A stretch of DNA of 64,000 nucleotides. It comes from Candidatus Aenigmatarchaeota archaeon (GTDB taxonomy: Archaea; Aenigmatarchaeota; Aenigmatarchaeia; CG10238-14; SCSR01). Shown in pieces: positions 18,410-28,778 of this stretch; position 1 is the stretch's first letter; each line of letters begins with the position of its first letter. The stretch spans positions 132,821 to 196,820 of the forward strand of contig JACPJT010000007.1 in NCBI GenBank assembly GCA_016187415.1. The letters run 5' to 3'. The position numbers and the translations under genes are program-made. The notes below the pieces were generated by a model. The model was not told the origin of the DNA. It did not search any database and saw only the letters and a list, made by a program, of their open reading frames with translations.

Positions 18410-19456
18410 TCAAACCTTGAAAATCTGCCTGCTTTTATCGACTTTCCTCTTTCCGATTTTTATCAGGTTCAGATCATCCAAATGGTTGACATATTCCCTA
18501 AACATTCTTTTTGTCAACGGATCTTGAGCAGATGACGCATATTCCTTGTACAAATCATCGAATGTAGTTTTATTTTTGTTGTTGACCATATCCAGAATTA
18601 TTTTTTCCAAATCATCGATTTTTTCCTTGATTATATCCGGCTTCACTTCATCAACAGTTTTCATAACTCTTTTAACATGCTCGACCTTAACTCTGTCTGA
18701 ATTCTCCTGTTCGGCAAGCCTCCCAGCTTTCAGCAGACACTCCAGTCCAACTCTCACATCGCCGCCTTTGTTCAATGCGTGGACTGAAGACAGGCTGACA
18801 ACGCCTTCTTCAACGGAGTTCAATCCATAATCAACACGCTCTTTCAAAATATCTTTCATTTCGCCCAAGTTGTAGGATTTGAATTCTATTTCATCCAAGC
18901 CCAGCCTGCTAATTATTCTGGGCTCCAAGTCAGAAAACACATGCGGATCATTTGATATGAACACCAGTCCAATCGGATTGTTGACATACTGCTTCATTTG
19001 AAGCAAATCGTACAGAACTTTCTGGCCATGTCTAACAAGTTGATCAACCTCGTCGAGGCAAATTATTAACGCTTTCTTAGATTTATCCAACGCTTCTGTC
19101 AGGCGTGAAATGATTTCATCCTTGGCCCAACCCCTGCGTTGGACAAACATTCCAAATTCCGATACGATTTTTGACAGGACAGCAGTCGGAGTATTGTAGT
19201 CCCAGCAATTCATATAGATGGTCTTTATACCGGAATAATCTTCAAATTCCCTGAAAACCGATTTTGCAGTCGCGGTTTTTCCTATGCCCGGCGAACCGAA
19301 AACAAAAGTGTTGATCGGTTTTCTGCCTTTACTCGCCGGCGATAGGTTGTCGGCTAGCTGTTTTATTTGCTGTTCTCTATGCGGCAGTATATCCGGTAAA
19401 TAATCTGGAGAAAGTACTTCTTCATTCTTGAAAATTCTTGATTTATACATTTCCAT
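18410..19456 (-). CDS. cdc6: Cdc6/Orc1 AAA+ ATPase
   Basis: LSPDYLPDILPHRE, GSPGIGKT, LDEVDQL, GGDVR; C-terminal wHTH. Confidence 0.9.
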   Translation of the reverse strand: MEMYKSRIFKNEEVLSPDYLPDILPHREQQIKQLADNLSPASKGRKPINTFVFGSPGIGKTATAKSVFREFEDYSGIKTIYMNCWDYNTPTAVLSKIVSEFGMFVQRRGWAKDEIISRLTEALDKSKKALIICLDEVDQLVRHGQKVLYDLLQMKQYVNNPIGLVFISNDPHVFSDLEPRIISRLGLDEIEFKSYNLGEMKDILKERVDYGLNSVEEGVVSLSSVHALNKGGDVRVGLECLLKAGRLAEQENSDRVKVEHVKRVMKTVDEVKPDIIKEKIDDLEKIILDMVNNKNKTTFDDLYKEYASSAQDPLTKRMFREYVNHLDDLNLIKIGKRKVDKSRQIFKV

Positions 19457-19478
19457 AATATGGATTAAGATTTGTTAT

Positions 19479-19853
19479 TTATCTTTTCGGACGGTATAAT
19501 GAGGCTTTTTTTCCACGATTCAACGTTCTGTAATTGATTGTCTGTGCTCTCAATTGTGTTTTTATGTAGTCTGCTCCAATACGAGGATCTTTATCACCAC
19601 ATGTAAAAATGTCAACAGCAGCATATCCGTGTTCTGGCCATGTATGAATGGATATATGCGATTCTGCTATAGCTACAATACCTGTTACACCATACGGACT
19701 AAACTTGTGAAAAACACTCCCTATAATAGTAGTATCCATTTTCTTAGCAGCATCAAGTAACGTTTCCTTTACTAGAGTTTCATTGTCTAATGTTTCAAAT
19801 GGGCACTTATATAACTCTACAATCAGATGGTTTCCTAGGGAATTCATTAACAT
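19479..19853 (-). CDS. speD: S-adenosylmethionine decarboxylase proenzyme
   Basis: AESHISIHTWPE...DIFTCG. Confidence 0.92.
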   Translation of the reverse strand: MLMNSLGNHLIVELYKCPFETLDNETLVKETLLDAAKKMDTTIIGSVFHKFSPYGVTGIVAIAESHISIHTWPEHGYAAVDIFTCGDKDPRIGADYIKTQLRAQTINYRTLNRGKKASLYRPKR

Positions 19854-19881
19854 TTTATTATTTTTTTAATTTAAAAAATCT

Positions 19882-21468
19882 TTACAATGCAGTTCTTAAT
19901 TTTTTAGTGATTTCTTCCTTACCCCTTTCAATTATATACGGTCCCAACCTCGGTCCCCTATCAGAATTCAGAATTATATTGTAAATTAATTTGAACGCTT
20001 CACCAACTTGCAAACCGCTTCCCTTAATAGTTTCAAATAAGTTCAATTGCAGTTTTTCCGAATCAGATTCCTTTTCTATGACTCCAATTAATTTTCTAAT
20101 CATACCTCTTCCTTTTTCATCAAGCATTACTTTCTTCTCTTCGGTTTTTTGGAAATCCTCTATCCAGTTTTCAACATACTTGACTCTCTCTTCAAGCAAT
20201 TTCGTATCTGCACCATATTTCAGTTCTTCCAGTTTCTTAACAATGAAATCCATCTTTCCTTCGGATGGTGATATCTTTACAATTTCAACCAGCTTTTCAT
20301 AAGGAACGTCAATAGTTTCCTTTTTCTTAGTTTTTATCACAGCAAGCTCGTAGGCCCTTTTATAATTGTTGTCCTTTCTTTTATCGTTGGCAGATTCTTT
20401 ACCGAAAAATATCCTTTCAGCCTTGTCAAATTCGTCAAACAATTTCGGCACCATGATTGAAAGCTTGATGTCTTTCGCGATTGTCAATCTCCCTTGGAAC
20501 ATCCAATATCGCAAGTGTGCGCCCGACATATACTTTAGGATGTCATAAACTGTGATAACATTCCCTTTGCTCTTGCTCATCTTTTCCCCGTTGACAAGAA
20601 AATGCTCGTAAACCACAGGATAGGGCGGTTCCCAATCAAAAAGTTTGACAATCTCCTTGGCAGTATCCCAGCTCCCGCCGGCCGCTGCATGCTCTTTACC
20701 GAACGGTTCACATGTCGCTTTCAGGAACACCCACCTAGCCGCCCATTCGACTCTCCATGTCAGTTTCGCATTCCCGTCAAGGATAGACATTTTACCTTTA
20801 TTACCGCACCCGGCAACTGGGCTCTTTCTATGAAGCAGTATCTCTTTTGGGTCGCAAAAATAATCCACTTCAGCAGTTTTAGGATAATAGTCCAGAATCT
20901 TTGTCGTGGCTATCTTCCCGCATTTTTTGCAGATAACATCCACAGGATACCACTCTTCAGGCAGAGGCGTTGTTCTGAACTTGTTTATGATTTCAGCTAT
21001 ATCCTTTCTTTTCTCCATCGCAATTTTCATGATGTCATTGTACATCCCATTTTTGTACATCTCTATGCCGAGCAGGACTTTTGGTTTGACGTTCACGGTT
21101 TCAAGCTGTTTCAGCATTTTCTCTTCAAAATGGACAGTGAAACTCCTGTGGCATTTCCAGAAATCTGGAATGTTGCTGGCAGGTATGCCCAAATACTCCT
21201 CAAGTTCTTTCGGCAAATCCGCCGGCACCGCCCTGAAGGGATCCATATCATCTGATATCCAGATAAGATTGACAGGTTTCCTCAGCGATTTCACGGCAAG
21301 CCTTATGGCATCTCCTCTTATGACATCATTGGCATTTCCTATATGCGGGTCACCGGACATTGAAGTCCCAGTCATTATGACTTGCTTCTTAGTTCCCCAT
21401 TTGGTCACTAGCTCTTTGGCTATTTTGTCAGGCCAAAACTCATATTCTTGTTCTTCTGCAACTACCAT
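19882..21468 (-). CDS. lysS: Lysine--tRNA ligase, class I
   Basis: SGDPHIGN, KLTWRVEW, EPFGKEH, KMSKSKGN, GPRLG. Confidence 0.96.
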   Translation of the reverse strand: MVVAEEQEYEFWPDKIAKELVTKWGTKKQVIMTGTSMSGDPHIGNANDVIRGDAIRLAVKSLRKPVNLIWISDDMDPFRAVPADLPKELEEYLGIPASNIPDFWKCHRSFTVHFEEKMLKQLETVNVKPKVLLGIEMYKNGMYNDIMKIAMEKRKDIAEIINKFRTTPLPEEWYPVDVICKKCGKIATTKILDYYPKTAEVDYFCDPKEILLHRKSPVAGCGNKGKMSILDGNAKLTWRVEWAARWVFLKATCEPFGKEHAAAGGSWDTAKEIVKLFDWEPPYPVVYEHFLVNGEKMSKSKGNVITVYDILKYMSGAHLRYWMFQGRLTIAKDIKLSIMVPKLFDEFDKAERIFFGKESANDKRKDNNYKRAYELAVIKTKKKETIDVPYEKLVEIVKISPSEGKMDFIVKKLEELKYGADTKLLEERVKYVENWIEDFQKTEEKKVMLDEKGRGMIRKLIGVIEKESDSEKLQLNLFETIKGSGLQVGEAFKLIYNIILNSDRGPRLGPYIIERGKEEITKKLRTAL

Positions 21469-21477
21469 ATAATCTAT

Positions 21478-22107
21478 ATGAAAATCTTAAAAATTAATCC
21501 AAATAGGCCAGAGAAGGAGCTTATAAGATTGGCAGCCGATGTGATTAAAAAGGGTGGTATTGTAATATATCCTACTGATACGCTTTACGGGATTGCTGCA
21601 AACGCGCTGAGCAAAAAGTGCGTAGTCAATGTCTACAAAATTAAGGGAAGAAAATTTACAAAGCCGCTGTCAGTCGCATTCCATTCGTTGCAACAGGCAA
21701 AGAGATACGTTAAATTCGATAAAGTATCGACTGAATTGGCGAGAAAGTTCCTGCCAGGACCATTGACAATTATCCTACCGATGAAATACAAATTCCCTAA
21801 AGAATTAACTGGCGGCTCCAAAAGTGTTGGTGTAAGGTTACCAGACAACAAAATTGCTTTAGAAATGATAAGAGAATGCGGTTTTCCAGTTACATCGACA
21901 AGTGCTAATGTATCTGGCAATGGAGATCCCATTACAGCTGAAGATGCCGTTAATCAAGTTGGCGATAAAGTAGACATGATTTTAGACGGCGGGAAGTGCA
22001 GACATTCGAAACCATCTACAATAGTCGATGCCAGTTCTGGCAAGATCAAAATATTGCGAGAAGGTGCAATTAAAGGCAGAACATTAAGTGAGCTCGTGGG
22101 GATTTGA
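21478..22107 (+). CDS. tsaC: Threonylcarbamoyl-AMP synthase (YrdC/Sua5 domain only)
   Basis: YPTDTLYG, KGR, PGPLT, STSANVSG. Confidence 0.92.
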   Translation: MKILKINPNRPEKELIRLAADVIKKGGIVIYPTDTLYGIAANALSKKCVVNVYKIKGRKFTKPLSVAFHSLQQAKRYVKFDKVSTELARKFLPGPLTIILPMKYKFPKELTGGSKSVGVRLPDNKIALEMIRECGFPVTSTSANVSGNGDPITAEDAVNQVGDKVDMILDGGKCRHSKPSTIVDASSGKIKILREGAIKGRTLSELVGI

Positions 22108-22175
22108 ACCCCAATTAGAAGCTATTCGCTTTCCAACCGCAAGCTCCCGTCCTATCCAGGTTAGACTACGAGCCC
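22089..22175 (-). tRNA. tRNA-Arg(GCG) with 13-nt 37/38 intron (22124-22136)
   Basis: GGAGC-TTGCGG^A-GCTTC; central helix TTGC/GCGA. Confidence 0.9.
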
Positions 22176-22222
22176 ATCGCTAACTATAAAAATCTCACTT
22201 TTATAAACTTAATAATCAAATT

Positions 22223-22411
22223 TTGAGAAGGTCGGTCAAACTGGAAAAGAACTTGCAATGCAACACGTGCGGCACGAATGTGCTGTCCAAGAAGAATTTT
22301 GTTCAGTTGAATTGCCCGCAATGCGGTAAAACCGAAATTATTAGGTGCAGCACATGCAAGAATCTCGGTGCGAAATACCGTTGCAAGGAATGTAATTTTG
22401 AAGGTCCTTAA
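22223..22411 (+). CDS. Zn-ribbon protein (DUF1610/HVO_2753-like)
   Basis: Four CxxC motifs ending CNFEGP; conserved position upstream of EF-1beta. Confidence 0.85.
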   Translation: MRRSVKLEKNLQCNTCGTNVLSKKNFVQLNCPQCGKTEIIRCSTCKNLGAKYRCKECNFEGP

Positions 22412-22412
22412 A

Positions 22413-22670
22413 GTGCCCGATGTCATAGTAACTTTTAAAGTCATGCCTACAAGCGTGGATGTCGATTTGGACAAAGTCGAGAAAGAACTCAATGCCGCAA
22501 TAAGCCCCCAAAGAATAGTGAGAGAGCCAATAGCTTTTGGCCTTGTCGCATTAAATGTCACTACGTTCGTTGAAGACAGCGGCGGTCAGGTCGAAAAGTT
22601 GGAGGAGAAGATAAGAGCCATTGAAGGTGTTGCCGACGTAGAGGTTACCGAAGTAACCAGGTCGCTTTAA
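22413..22670 (+). CDS. ef1b: Translation elongation factor 1-beta
   Basis: KVMPTSVDVDL...EPIAFGLVAL. Confidence 0.92.
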   Translation: MPDVIVTFKVMPTSVDVDLDKVEKELNAAISPQRIVREPIAFGLVALNVTTFVEDSGGQVEKLEEKIRAIEGVADVEVTEVTRSL

Positions 22671-23215
22671 ACCGCCCCATAAACAAAAAGTCGATGCCTA
22701 TCCTTATCTTGTAGCTCGTCCAATATCCTTCTGATTATCATCTTCTTAGGGTCGCTGACCATTGGAATCCTTTGCCTTATCTCATCAAAGGTCTCGAACG
22801 GCTTCTTCTTCCTCTCTTCTATTATAGACCATAAATGTTTCTTTCCTATACCGGGCAGCAGTTCTAGGCTGTGCATTCTTGTGGTCAATGAACCGGATTT
22901 ATTGAAGAAATCCACGAACCTTTTTTCATCTTTCGTGATTATGTCCGTTACAATCTCTTCCAGCATATCCTTGGCATAAGTTGTCAAATCGCTGAAGTTG
23001 ATCTTGCTTCTAATATACTTTACCTCGTCTCTTTTGCCTTCGCCGATGTATAGCCTATCCTTATTTTTGACTGCTAGATTGTCCTTCACTATAACTTCAA
23101 GCAGGCTGAAATATTTCTCGCCGATTCCTTGGACGACAGGCTCGGCTCTTCTATCGCCGGACTTGCCCGTTTGAAGAAAATCCAACACTATCAGAAATTC
23201 GTCTTTCATTAGCAT
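22667..23215 (-). CDS. DUF655 putative RNA-binding protein
   Basis: TRMHSLELLPGIGKK; conserved eL21-rpo4-DUF655 order. Confidence 0.9.
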   Translation of the reverse strand: MLMKDEFLIVLDFLQTGKSGDRRAEPVVQGIGEKYFSLLEVIVKDNLAVKNKDRLYIGEGKRDEVKYIRSKINFSDLTTYAKDMLEEIVTDIITKDEKRFVDFFNKSGSLTTRMHSLELLPGIGKKHLWSIIEERKKKPFETFDEIRQRIPMVSDPKKMIIRRILDELQDKDRHRLFVYGAV

Positions 23216-23228
23216 ATGAACACCTTGT

Positions 23229-23564
23229 CTAAATATACTTTTTGACCGTTTTCAATATGGCGTCTATTTCTTCATCGGTCAAAGATTGATAGTCCTTATA
23301 TAAAACGGCTCTCATGTCTTCCTTGTCTTCAGGTAAGAAATTGACAATGCTGATTATCTGCCTTTCCCTTAATTTTTCTATTTTCTTCAAGTCCGCTATA
23401 AGAGCCTCGGTTTCTTTCGAGTCGAGCTTGACAAACTTTCTAAGGACTTCCAGACTGTTCTTCTGCTCGTACTTTAATTCGCCCTGCTTTTCCCTGCCTT
23501 CAAGCAGGTCTTTTGCCTTGGAATTTGGTACAAACTCTTCTAAAATTATGTTCAAAATAATCAC
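23229..23564 (-). CDS. rpo4: RNA polymerase subunit Rpo4 (RpoF)
   Basis: ELKYEQ...IVNFLPED pattern; synteny. Confidence 0.85.
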   Translation of the reverse strand: MIILNIILEEFVPNSKAKDLLEGREKQGELKYEQKNSLEVLRKFVKLDSKETEALIADLKKIEKLRERQIISIVNFLPEDKEDMRAVLYKDYQSLTDEEIDAILKTVKKYI

Positions 23565-23594
23565 CCATGATTATAATATTAATACAGAACAGCC

Positions 23595-23879
23595 TTAAAT
23601 AGGCTTTAGATGTTCGGGCCTGGAAATTATCTTTTTCATCATGTCGCCGACCCTGATTGCGACTATGTAGCTTTCGCCCCTCTTTTCAATAATCTTCCCG
23701 GAAAGTCCCTTGAATTTTGAGTAAGGCATTCCCTTGTGGCTTGAGGGCTCCATTTCTATGGCCACGCTCTGGCCCACGTCAAATTCCCGCAGGAATTTTG
23801 TTATAGTAGGTCTTACACTGGGGAGCTGTCTGAGCTTGTTTCTTGTGCTTGTTCTGAACCCTTTAGACTTCCTAACCAT
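23595..23879 (-). CDS. rpl21e: 50S ribosomal protein eL21
   Basis: MVRKSKGFRTSTR...HKGMP...RPEHL. Confidence 0.95.
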   Translation of the reverse strand: MVRKSKGFRTSTRNKLRQLPSVRPTITKFLREFDVGQSVAIEMEPSSHKGMPYSKFKGLSGKIIEKRGESYIVAIRVGDMMKKIISRPEHLKPI

Positions 23880-23927
23880 TAAACCACTTCATAATATGAG
23901 GTTTATAAGATTTTAAATTCTTTTGCC

Positions 23928-25124
23928 TTAGTTCAAATCTACAGCATCGGCATCTGTTTCTTTGACACCGTTTGTAAAGGTTGCAACGGCGCCATAAGAT
24001 TTGCCATGTATAGGTTTTAAGTAAGGTGGCGCAAGACCATAATCTCTCGTTGTATAACTTACATAATTTACACCATAGCCCCCTTTATCCACAATTGATA
24101 CATCTACACGTTGACCACTCCAGGGGTCTTCTATGCCTAGCTGATGAGCATATGTAACTATTCCCAAAAATTCTTGTCTGAAAAACGGTACGTCTACTGG
24201 TACAATTGCAACATATTTTTTAAGTGTCCCGTCCGAAGGAAACTTTAATATAAGCCATCTGCTTGTATATTCGTCGAAATTTATCCTGCAAGATTTCCTA
24301 ACCAAGTCTTGGAATTTTGCAATATTGCTAGCATCAGAAAAATCAAAAACAGTTCGTTCACTCGCTTTCCTATAATTCTCTGTGAAAGTGCCTATGAAAT
24401 CCCGATCTTCATCATAAAGATAAGCGAATGCTTCACCAATCAAAAATTGCCTAATAGTTCTGAGCAACAGATTGTTGTCAAATTTGTCAAGCGTAGCAAG
24501 CTTTTCCTTATTGAATAAATACGGGTTCACATTGGTTAATTTATACTGGTATCTTCTGGCGTCTCTGTAATCTTCGCCTATCTGTCGGCCAACTATCAGG
24601 GAAGTCCCTTCCGGCAAACCTTCCTGATAAGTGTCGGCTGCAATAATAGAATTCCCTTGGAAGACGTGACTTTCTTCATGCACAAAAACATTGTGGCTAG
24701 TGTCTCTTAGCAATATCGTTCGAGTTTTATCGCCATCAAAAATAGTTCGTCCGCGTTCATTCTCCGGCAATCCGCCTTTTACAATTCTTACTTCTACACC
24801 GGTTTTATAATTCCTATCGAGCGGTTCCGTGCCAAATACGCTTCTGAGAGGTTCATATGCACGGCGAATAATGTAGTGAAGCTCGTTTTGTTCCCCCTCA
24901 TCCCAACTATCGTCTATGATGAATTTCGTGGCGCCTTCAGTATGGACACGGGAACTGGCTTGCTGCTGCGTTATAGCGTGCCTTCTCGCAGCAAGTGACT
25001 GAATCGACCTAGTTACCGCATCACTTGCAGACGTTAATTTTTCCATAGAAGGCAATACGAAAAGTGCGACACCGAGAGTACCACCAAGTTTAATCAGGTC
25101 CCTTTTCGTAAGTTTGGGGTCCAT
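23928..25124 (-). CDS. Exported protein with Tat-like signal and HExxH motif (putative zinc metallopeptidase)
   Basis: LTKRDLIKLGG plus hydrophobic stretch; VHEESH...YQEG. Confidence 0.55.
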   Translation of the reverse strand: MDPKLTKRDLIKLGGTLGVALFVLPSMEKLTSASDAVTRSIQSLAARRHAITQQQASSRVHTEGATKFIIDDSWDEGEQNELHYIIRRAYEPLRSVFGTEPLDRNYKTGVEVRIVKGGLPENERGRTIFDGDKTRTILLRDTSHNVFVHEESHVFQGNSIIAADTYQEGLPEGTSLIVGRQIGEDYRDARRYQYKLTNVNPYLFNKEKLATLDKFDNNLLLRTIRQFLIGEAFAYLYDEDRDFIGTFTENYRKASERTVFDFSDASNIAKFQDLVRKSCRINFDEYTSRWLILKFPSDGTLKKYVAIVPVDVPFFRQEFLGIVTYAHQLGIEDPWSGQRVDVSIVDKGGYGVNYVSYTTRDYGLAPPYLKPIHGKSYGAVATFTNGVKETDADAVDLN

Positions 25125-25164
25125 TAAAATAAAGTTATGAGTTAAGTTATTTAACTTTGAAATC

Positions 25165-26088
25165 TCACTTGTTGGCCATAGTTACTTCTTCATTGTCCCC
25201 CCTAGAGGTCAATTTAAATAATCTACCCCTTTCGTCTTTCATAAAAATCTGTTTATCATATCCATCAACCCTGGTAAACACAATCTCCCCATTTTTACCA
25301 ATCGGATTAATATCAATTTTACAGCCGCTTTCAGGCGTAGTAATCGATTTTTTCTTGCCGGTTATAACATCAACTTCAACCACACATATGTTGCCTTTCC
25401 CCGCAATCTCACTTGTAAGCACATGCCCATCGTCAGACCAAGTCGCACCATAATAGTCGCCAGATTTTGTCACCTGTCTGATTCTCCTTCCGTCGCTTCC
25501 CCCAACGTATACGTCGCCTGTGGCGGCTTCTACACCCTTTCTAACAAATGCCAGCCACCTGCCGTTAGGTGAGATGGCAGGTGATGTGTCCCACCCATCA
25601 CTAGTAACCAATCTTTCCGCACCAAAGGGTCCCATCTTGTATATTTGTTGTTTGCCACCATCTCTCGTGGATATAAACACAAAGTCTTGGCTATTTGGAA
25701 ACCATGCTTGTTGGGAAGAAAAATTCGGTCCCCGATAACGAATTTCTTCTTGTGTTTCACGATCATATACTCGAATGAATGTCTGTGAGTCAAACCCCGT
25801 AGATAAAATCCGCTTCCCGTCAGGTGAAACAGACGGCCAATAGTAATTATTGCCTATATTTAGTGGTTTTACCTTTCTTTTATCACTGCCATCATAACGC
25901 ATGCTCCAGATATCGCTTTTACCGTCTACATTGGAGATATATATGATTCTGTCAGTTGGAGAACCGTATTCAGGACCATTTGATGCTGGTACACTGGGAG
26001 AAGATAATATTAGAAATGGAACAAATAACGGCAATAAATAACGCCTTAAGTTCGATGATGCTCTTTTTTCATAGGTGGACAACGGCAT
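25165..26088 (-). CDS. TolB-like PD40 beta-propeller exported protein
   Basis: Signal peptide; PSVSPDGK, PAISPNGRWLAF and WSDDG repeats. Confidence 0.85.
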   Translation of the reverse strand: MPLSTYEKRASSNLRRYLLPLFVPFLILSSPSVPASNGPEYGSPTDRIIYISNVDGKSDIWSMRYDGSDKRKVKPLNIGNNYYWPSVSPDGKRILSTGFDSQTFIRVYDRETQEEIRYRGPNFSSQQAWFPNSQDFVFISTRDGGKQQIYKMGPFGAERLVTSDGWDTSPAISPNGRWLAFVRKGVEAATGDVYVGGSDGRRIRQVTKSGDYYGATWSDDGHVLTSEIAGKGNICVVEVDVITGKKKSITTPESGCKIDINPIGKNGEIVFTRVDGYDKQIFMKDERGRLFKLTSRGDNEEVTMANK

Positions 26089-26130
26089 ACTTATATCTAA
26101 AACAGTTAACGATTTAATCCCTATGGAACA

Positions 26131-27417
26131 TCAGATTTTCTTCGAATGGATTTCAAAAACGTCCAACGACATTTTCTTTACCTTGTTGTCTATCAATTCG
26201 CTTACGTTAGGCTGCGTCCTTCCGCCATCACCGCTTATTAGCTCTTTTATGTAAAGCCCAGACTCGGCTTTGATTTTGAATTGGATTCTCTTGTTCCCCA
26301 CTATTTTATAAGAAAATTTCTTCACATACCTTTTTCTCATCTTATCTGCACGCCTGTGGACAACACGCAGGGGCGTCTTCTGCATTATGGGTTCTTGTGC
26401 AATTATTTTCAATTTCTTTAGAAGTTTCTTTTCGATTTTATTTTTGAATTCAACATCGACAAAATATGTTTTATCTATGCGGTCAGACTTCAGTTTTCTA
26501 ACAATGCTCTTATCAACGAATTTCAGTTCCTTCACGTGGACTTTTTTCGATTTGTTTATTTTTTTCTCCAGCTCTTTCAGGTTAATTTTTCTCCTAACCG
26601 GTTTGACGATCTCAATAACAAACGGTCTCCATCCCAAGTTCCTAGCATCTATATCCTCGCGTCCAGCGCCGTGGAATGCGGATTTCTTGCTTTGAGCGTC
26701 CTTTAGTATAGGACTTTCAATTATTTCTTGGATGGAAGTCTTGTACAGTTTTCCTTCACCTTTACAATAAGTACAGCCTTTTCCATTGCATTCTTTGCAT
26801 ATCCACTTTGTCTGCGGTATGCCTCTTACAAGTTTCTGGTACCTGCCGTAAATAAACAGGCTCTTGACCTGAATTTTTATCGAGTTTGTTTTAAGGTCGA
26901 CCAATATAGTGACGTCCGGGCTTTTCAAATCAAAATGCTTGCCAGTTAACTTTTCAATTATTTTTCCCATCTCCCTATTGATTTCTGATTTTATCGGTTC
27001 AGAAAATTCTATTCCCATTGTCTCTTGCATCTTTTCTTCGGCATTCAATATTTCATCGGAAGGAATTGTTCCGACGACAAACGTATCGAATTCTATGTCA
27101 CCTATTTTTTTGACAACACCTTCCCCCAACTCTCCGAGTTTTTCATCAAAAAAGTTTTTGCATATCTTGCATTTTTCCGGAGTTTGCGGTTTGATTTTTG
27201 AATCCCTGAAATTAATTCCATGGAAATTTGACAAATCTACATCCAATTTCTCCCCAGAATCTGAAATAAATGCAAGTTGGTACCTTATCAGCCTTCCCCG
27301 TTCTTTATTTGTAAATCCAGAAAGCAAGTTGCCTATATTCCTTCCAATGCACCAATCGCATATGTAACCTGTTTTTAACAATTCGGCAAATTTCTTAATT
27401 AATTCAGCCATGAACAT
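26131..27417 (-). CDS. pus10: tRNA pseudouridine(54/55) synthase Pus10
   Basis: GRYQKLVRGIPQTKW, GAGREDIDAR, GLYIKELISGDGGRT. Confidence 0.95.
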   Translation of the reverse strand: MFMAELIKKFAELLKTGYICDWCIGRNIGNLLSGFTNKERGRLIRYQLAFISDSGEKLDVDLSNFHGINFRDSKIKPQTPEKCKICKNFFDEKLGELGEGVVKKIGDIEFDTFVVGTIPSDEILNAEEKMQETMGIEFSEPIKSEINREMGKIIEKLTGKHFDLKSPDVTILVDLKTNSIKIQVKSLFIYGRYQKLVRGIPQTKWICKECNGKGCTYCKGEGKLYKTSIQEIIESPILKDAQSKKSAFHGAGREDIDARNLGWRPFVIEIVKPVRRKINLKELEKKINKSKKVHVKELKFVDKSIVRKLKSDRIDKTYFVDVEFKNKIEKKLLKKLKIIAQEPIMQKTPLRVVHRRADKMRKRYVKKFSYKIVGNKRIQFKIKAESGLYIKELISGDGGRTQPNVSELIDNKVKKMSLDVFEIHSKKI

Positions 27418-27449
27418 CTTCTACAAGTGTATTAGGTTTCTATGAATAA

Positions 27450-28778
27450 CTATAATTTAAAACCAAATTGCTGAGACAGTTTTTTGAATTCCCCTCTTTG
27501 CAATCCTTTCATCCCACCCAATGATCTCATGACTTTCTTCGTTTGGTTATACTGACTCAAAAGATCTCTCACGTCATTTTCAGTCTTCCCAGACCCTTTG
27601 GCAATCCTAGCAATTCTCGCGGCCGATATTATATCGGGATTTTCGCGTTCGTCCTTTCTCATGGATTGTATGACCACTTTGTAAGTCTTCATCTTTTCCT
27701 CTTGTTTTTTCAGCATATCTTCCGGTATTTTCATCATTCCAACACCGGGTATCATTCCCATTATTTGCTGCAGGGGTCCCATTTTATTCAGACTTTCTAT
27801 CTGCTCCATGAAATCCTGTAATGTGAATTTCCCCTCGGCGATTCTTTCTACAGACTCTTTTTTGATATCCGCCTCTTTTGCCTTTTCCAATAAAGTTTCC
27901 AAATCGCCTAGTCCCAACAAACGTGAAACAAATCTTCCCGGATTGTATAATTCGAAATCTTCAAGTTTTTCTCCAGTGCCGATGAATTTAACCTTGGCGC
28001 CGGTGACATTTGCGGCTGCCAACGCACCACCAGCCTTTGCGGTGCCGTCCATTTTTGTAATGATGACGCCTGTCACGCCAGCCAGCTTGTGGAATTCTTC
28101 GGCCTGCTTTTCCACAATCTTGCCCAAATCAGCAGGCAGAACAAGTAATACTTCATCTGGCTTTACTATCTCAGACAGCCTCTTCAGCTCCTCCGCAAGA
28201 TCCTTATCCAAAGCATTCCTACCAGACGTATCAAAGATAATAATATCATAATTTGCATATTTTGTCAACGCAGTTTGTGCAACTGTATAGGGATCCCTGC
28301 TCTTTTCATCGACATAAACCGAGACACCAAGCTGTTTCCCAAGTTGCTGTATTTGTTGCGTTGCAGCTGGTCTGTAATAATCCAATCCAACGAGGGCGGG
28401 CTTCAATCCCTGCTTCATGAAGTATCTTGCCAGCTTGCCGACTGTAGTTGTCTTGCCGCTTCCAAAAAGGCCCACTACCATCAACCTCTTTTTACCCAGC
28501 AGCTCAGCGGGCTTCTCGCCGAGCATCTTCACAAGTTCTTCATATATGACTTTCAGGACATGTTCCCTCAAAGTTAACCCAGAAGGCACATCTTCCTTAA
28601 GGCATTTTTTATTTATTTCTTCAATAATTTTATCGGTCAATTGGATGTTGACATCCGATTCCATCAATATCCGTTTCATGTCTTTTAGAACTTCTTCTAC
28701 GGCGGTCTTGTCGACAGTGGTACCTGTAACCAATTTCTTGACCAAATTTGCGAATCCTTTTCCAAAGCCTTCCAGCAT
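27450..28778 (-). CDS. srp54: Signal recognition particle protein SRP54
   Basis: GLFGSGKTT, DTSGR, TKMDGTAKAGGAL; M domain. Confidence 0.96.
   Translation of the reverse strand: MLEGFGKGFANLVKKLVTGTTVDKTAVEEVLKDMKRILMESDVNIQLTDKIIEEINKKCLKEDVPSGLTLREHVLKVIYEELVKMLGEKPAELLGKKRLMVVGLFGSGKTTTVGKLARYFMKQGLKPALVGLDYYRPAATQQIQQLGKQLGVSVYVDEKSRDPYTVAQTALTKYANYDIIIFDTSGRNALDKDLAEELKRLSEIVKPDEVLLVLPADLGKIVEKQAEEFHKLAGVTGVIITKMDGTAKAGGALAAANVTGAKVKFIGTGEKLEDFELYNPGRFVSRLLGLGDLETLLEKAKEADIKKESVERIAEGKFTLQDFMEQIESLNKMGPLQQIMGMIPGVGMMKIPEDMLKKQEEKMKTYKVVIQSMRKDERENPDIISAARIARIAKGSGKTENDVRDLLSQYNQTKKVMRSLGGMKGLQRGEFKKLSQQFGFKL

Noticed and set aside
18300-19480. Replication origin next to cdc6
   Set aside because: The flanking intergenic gaps are tiny and no ORB repeats were seen.
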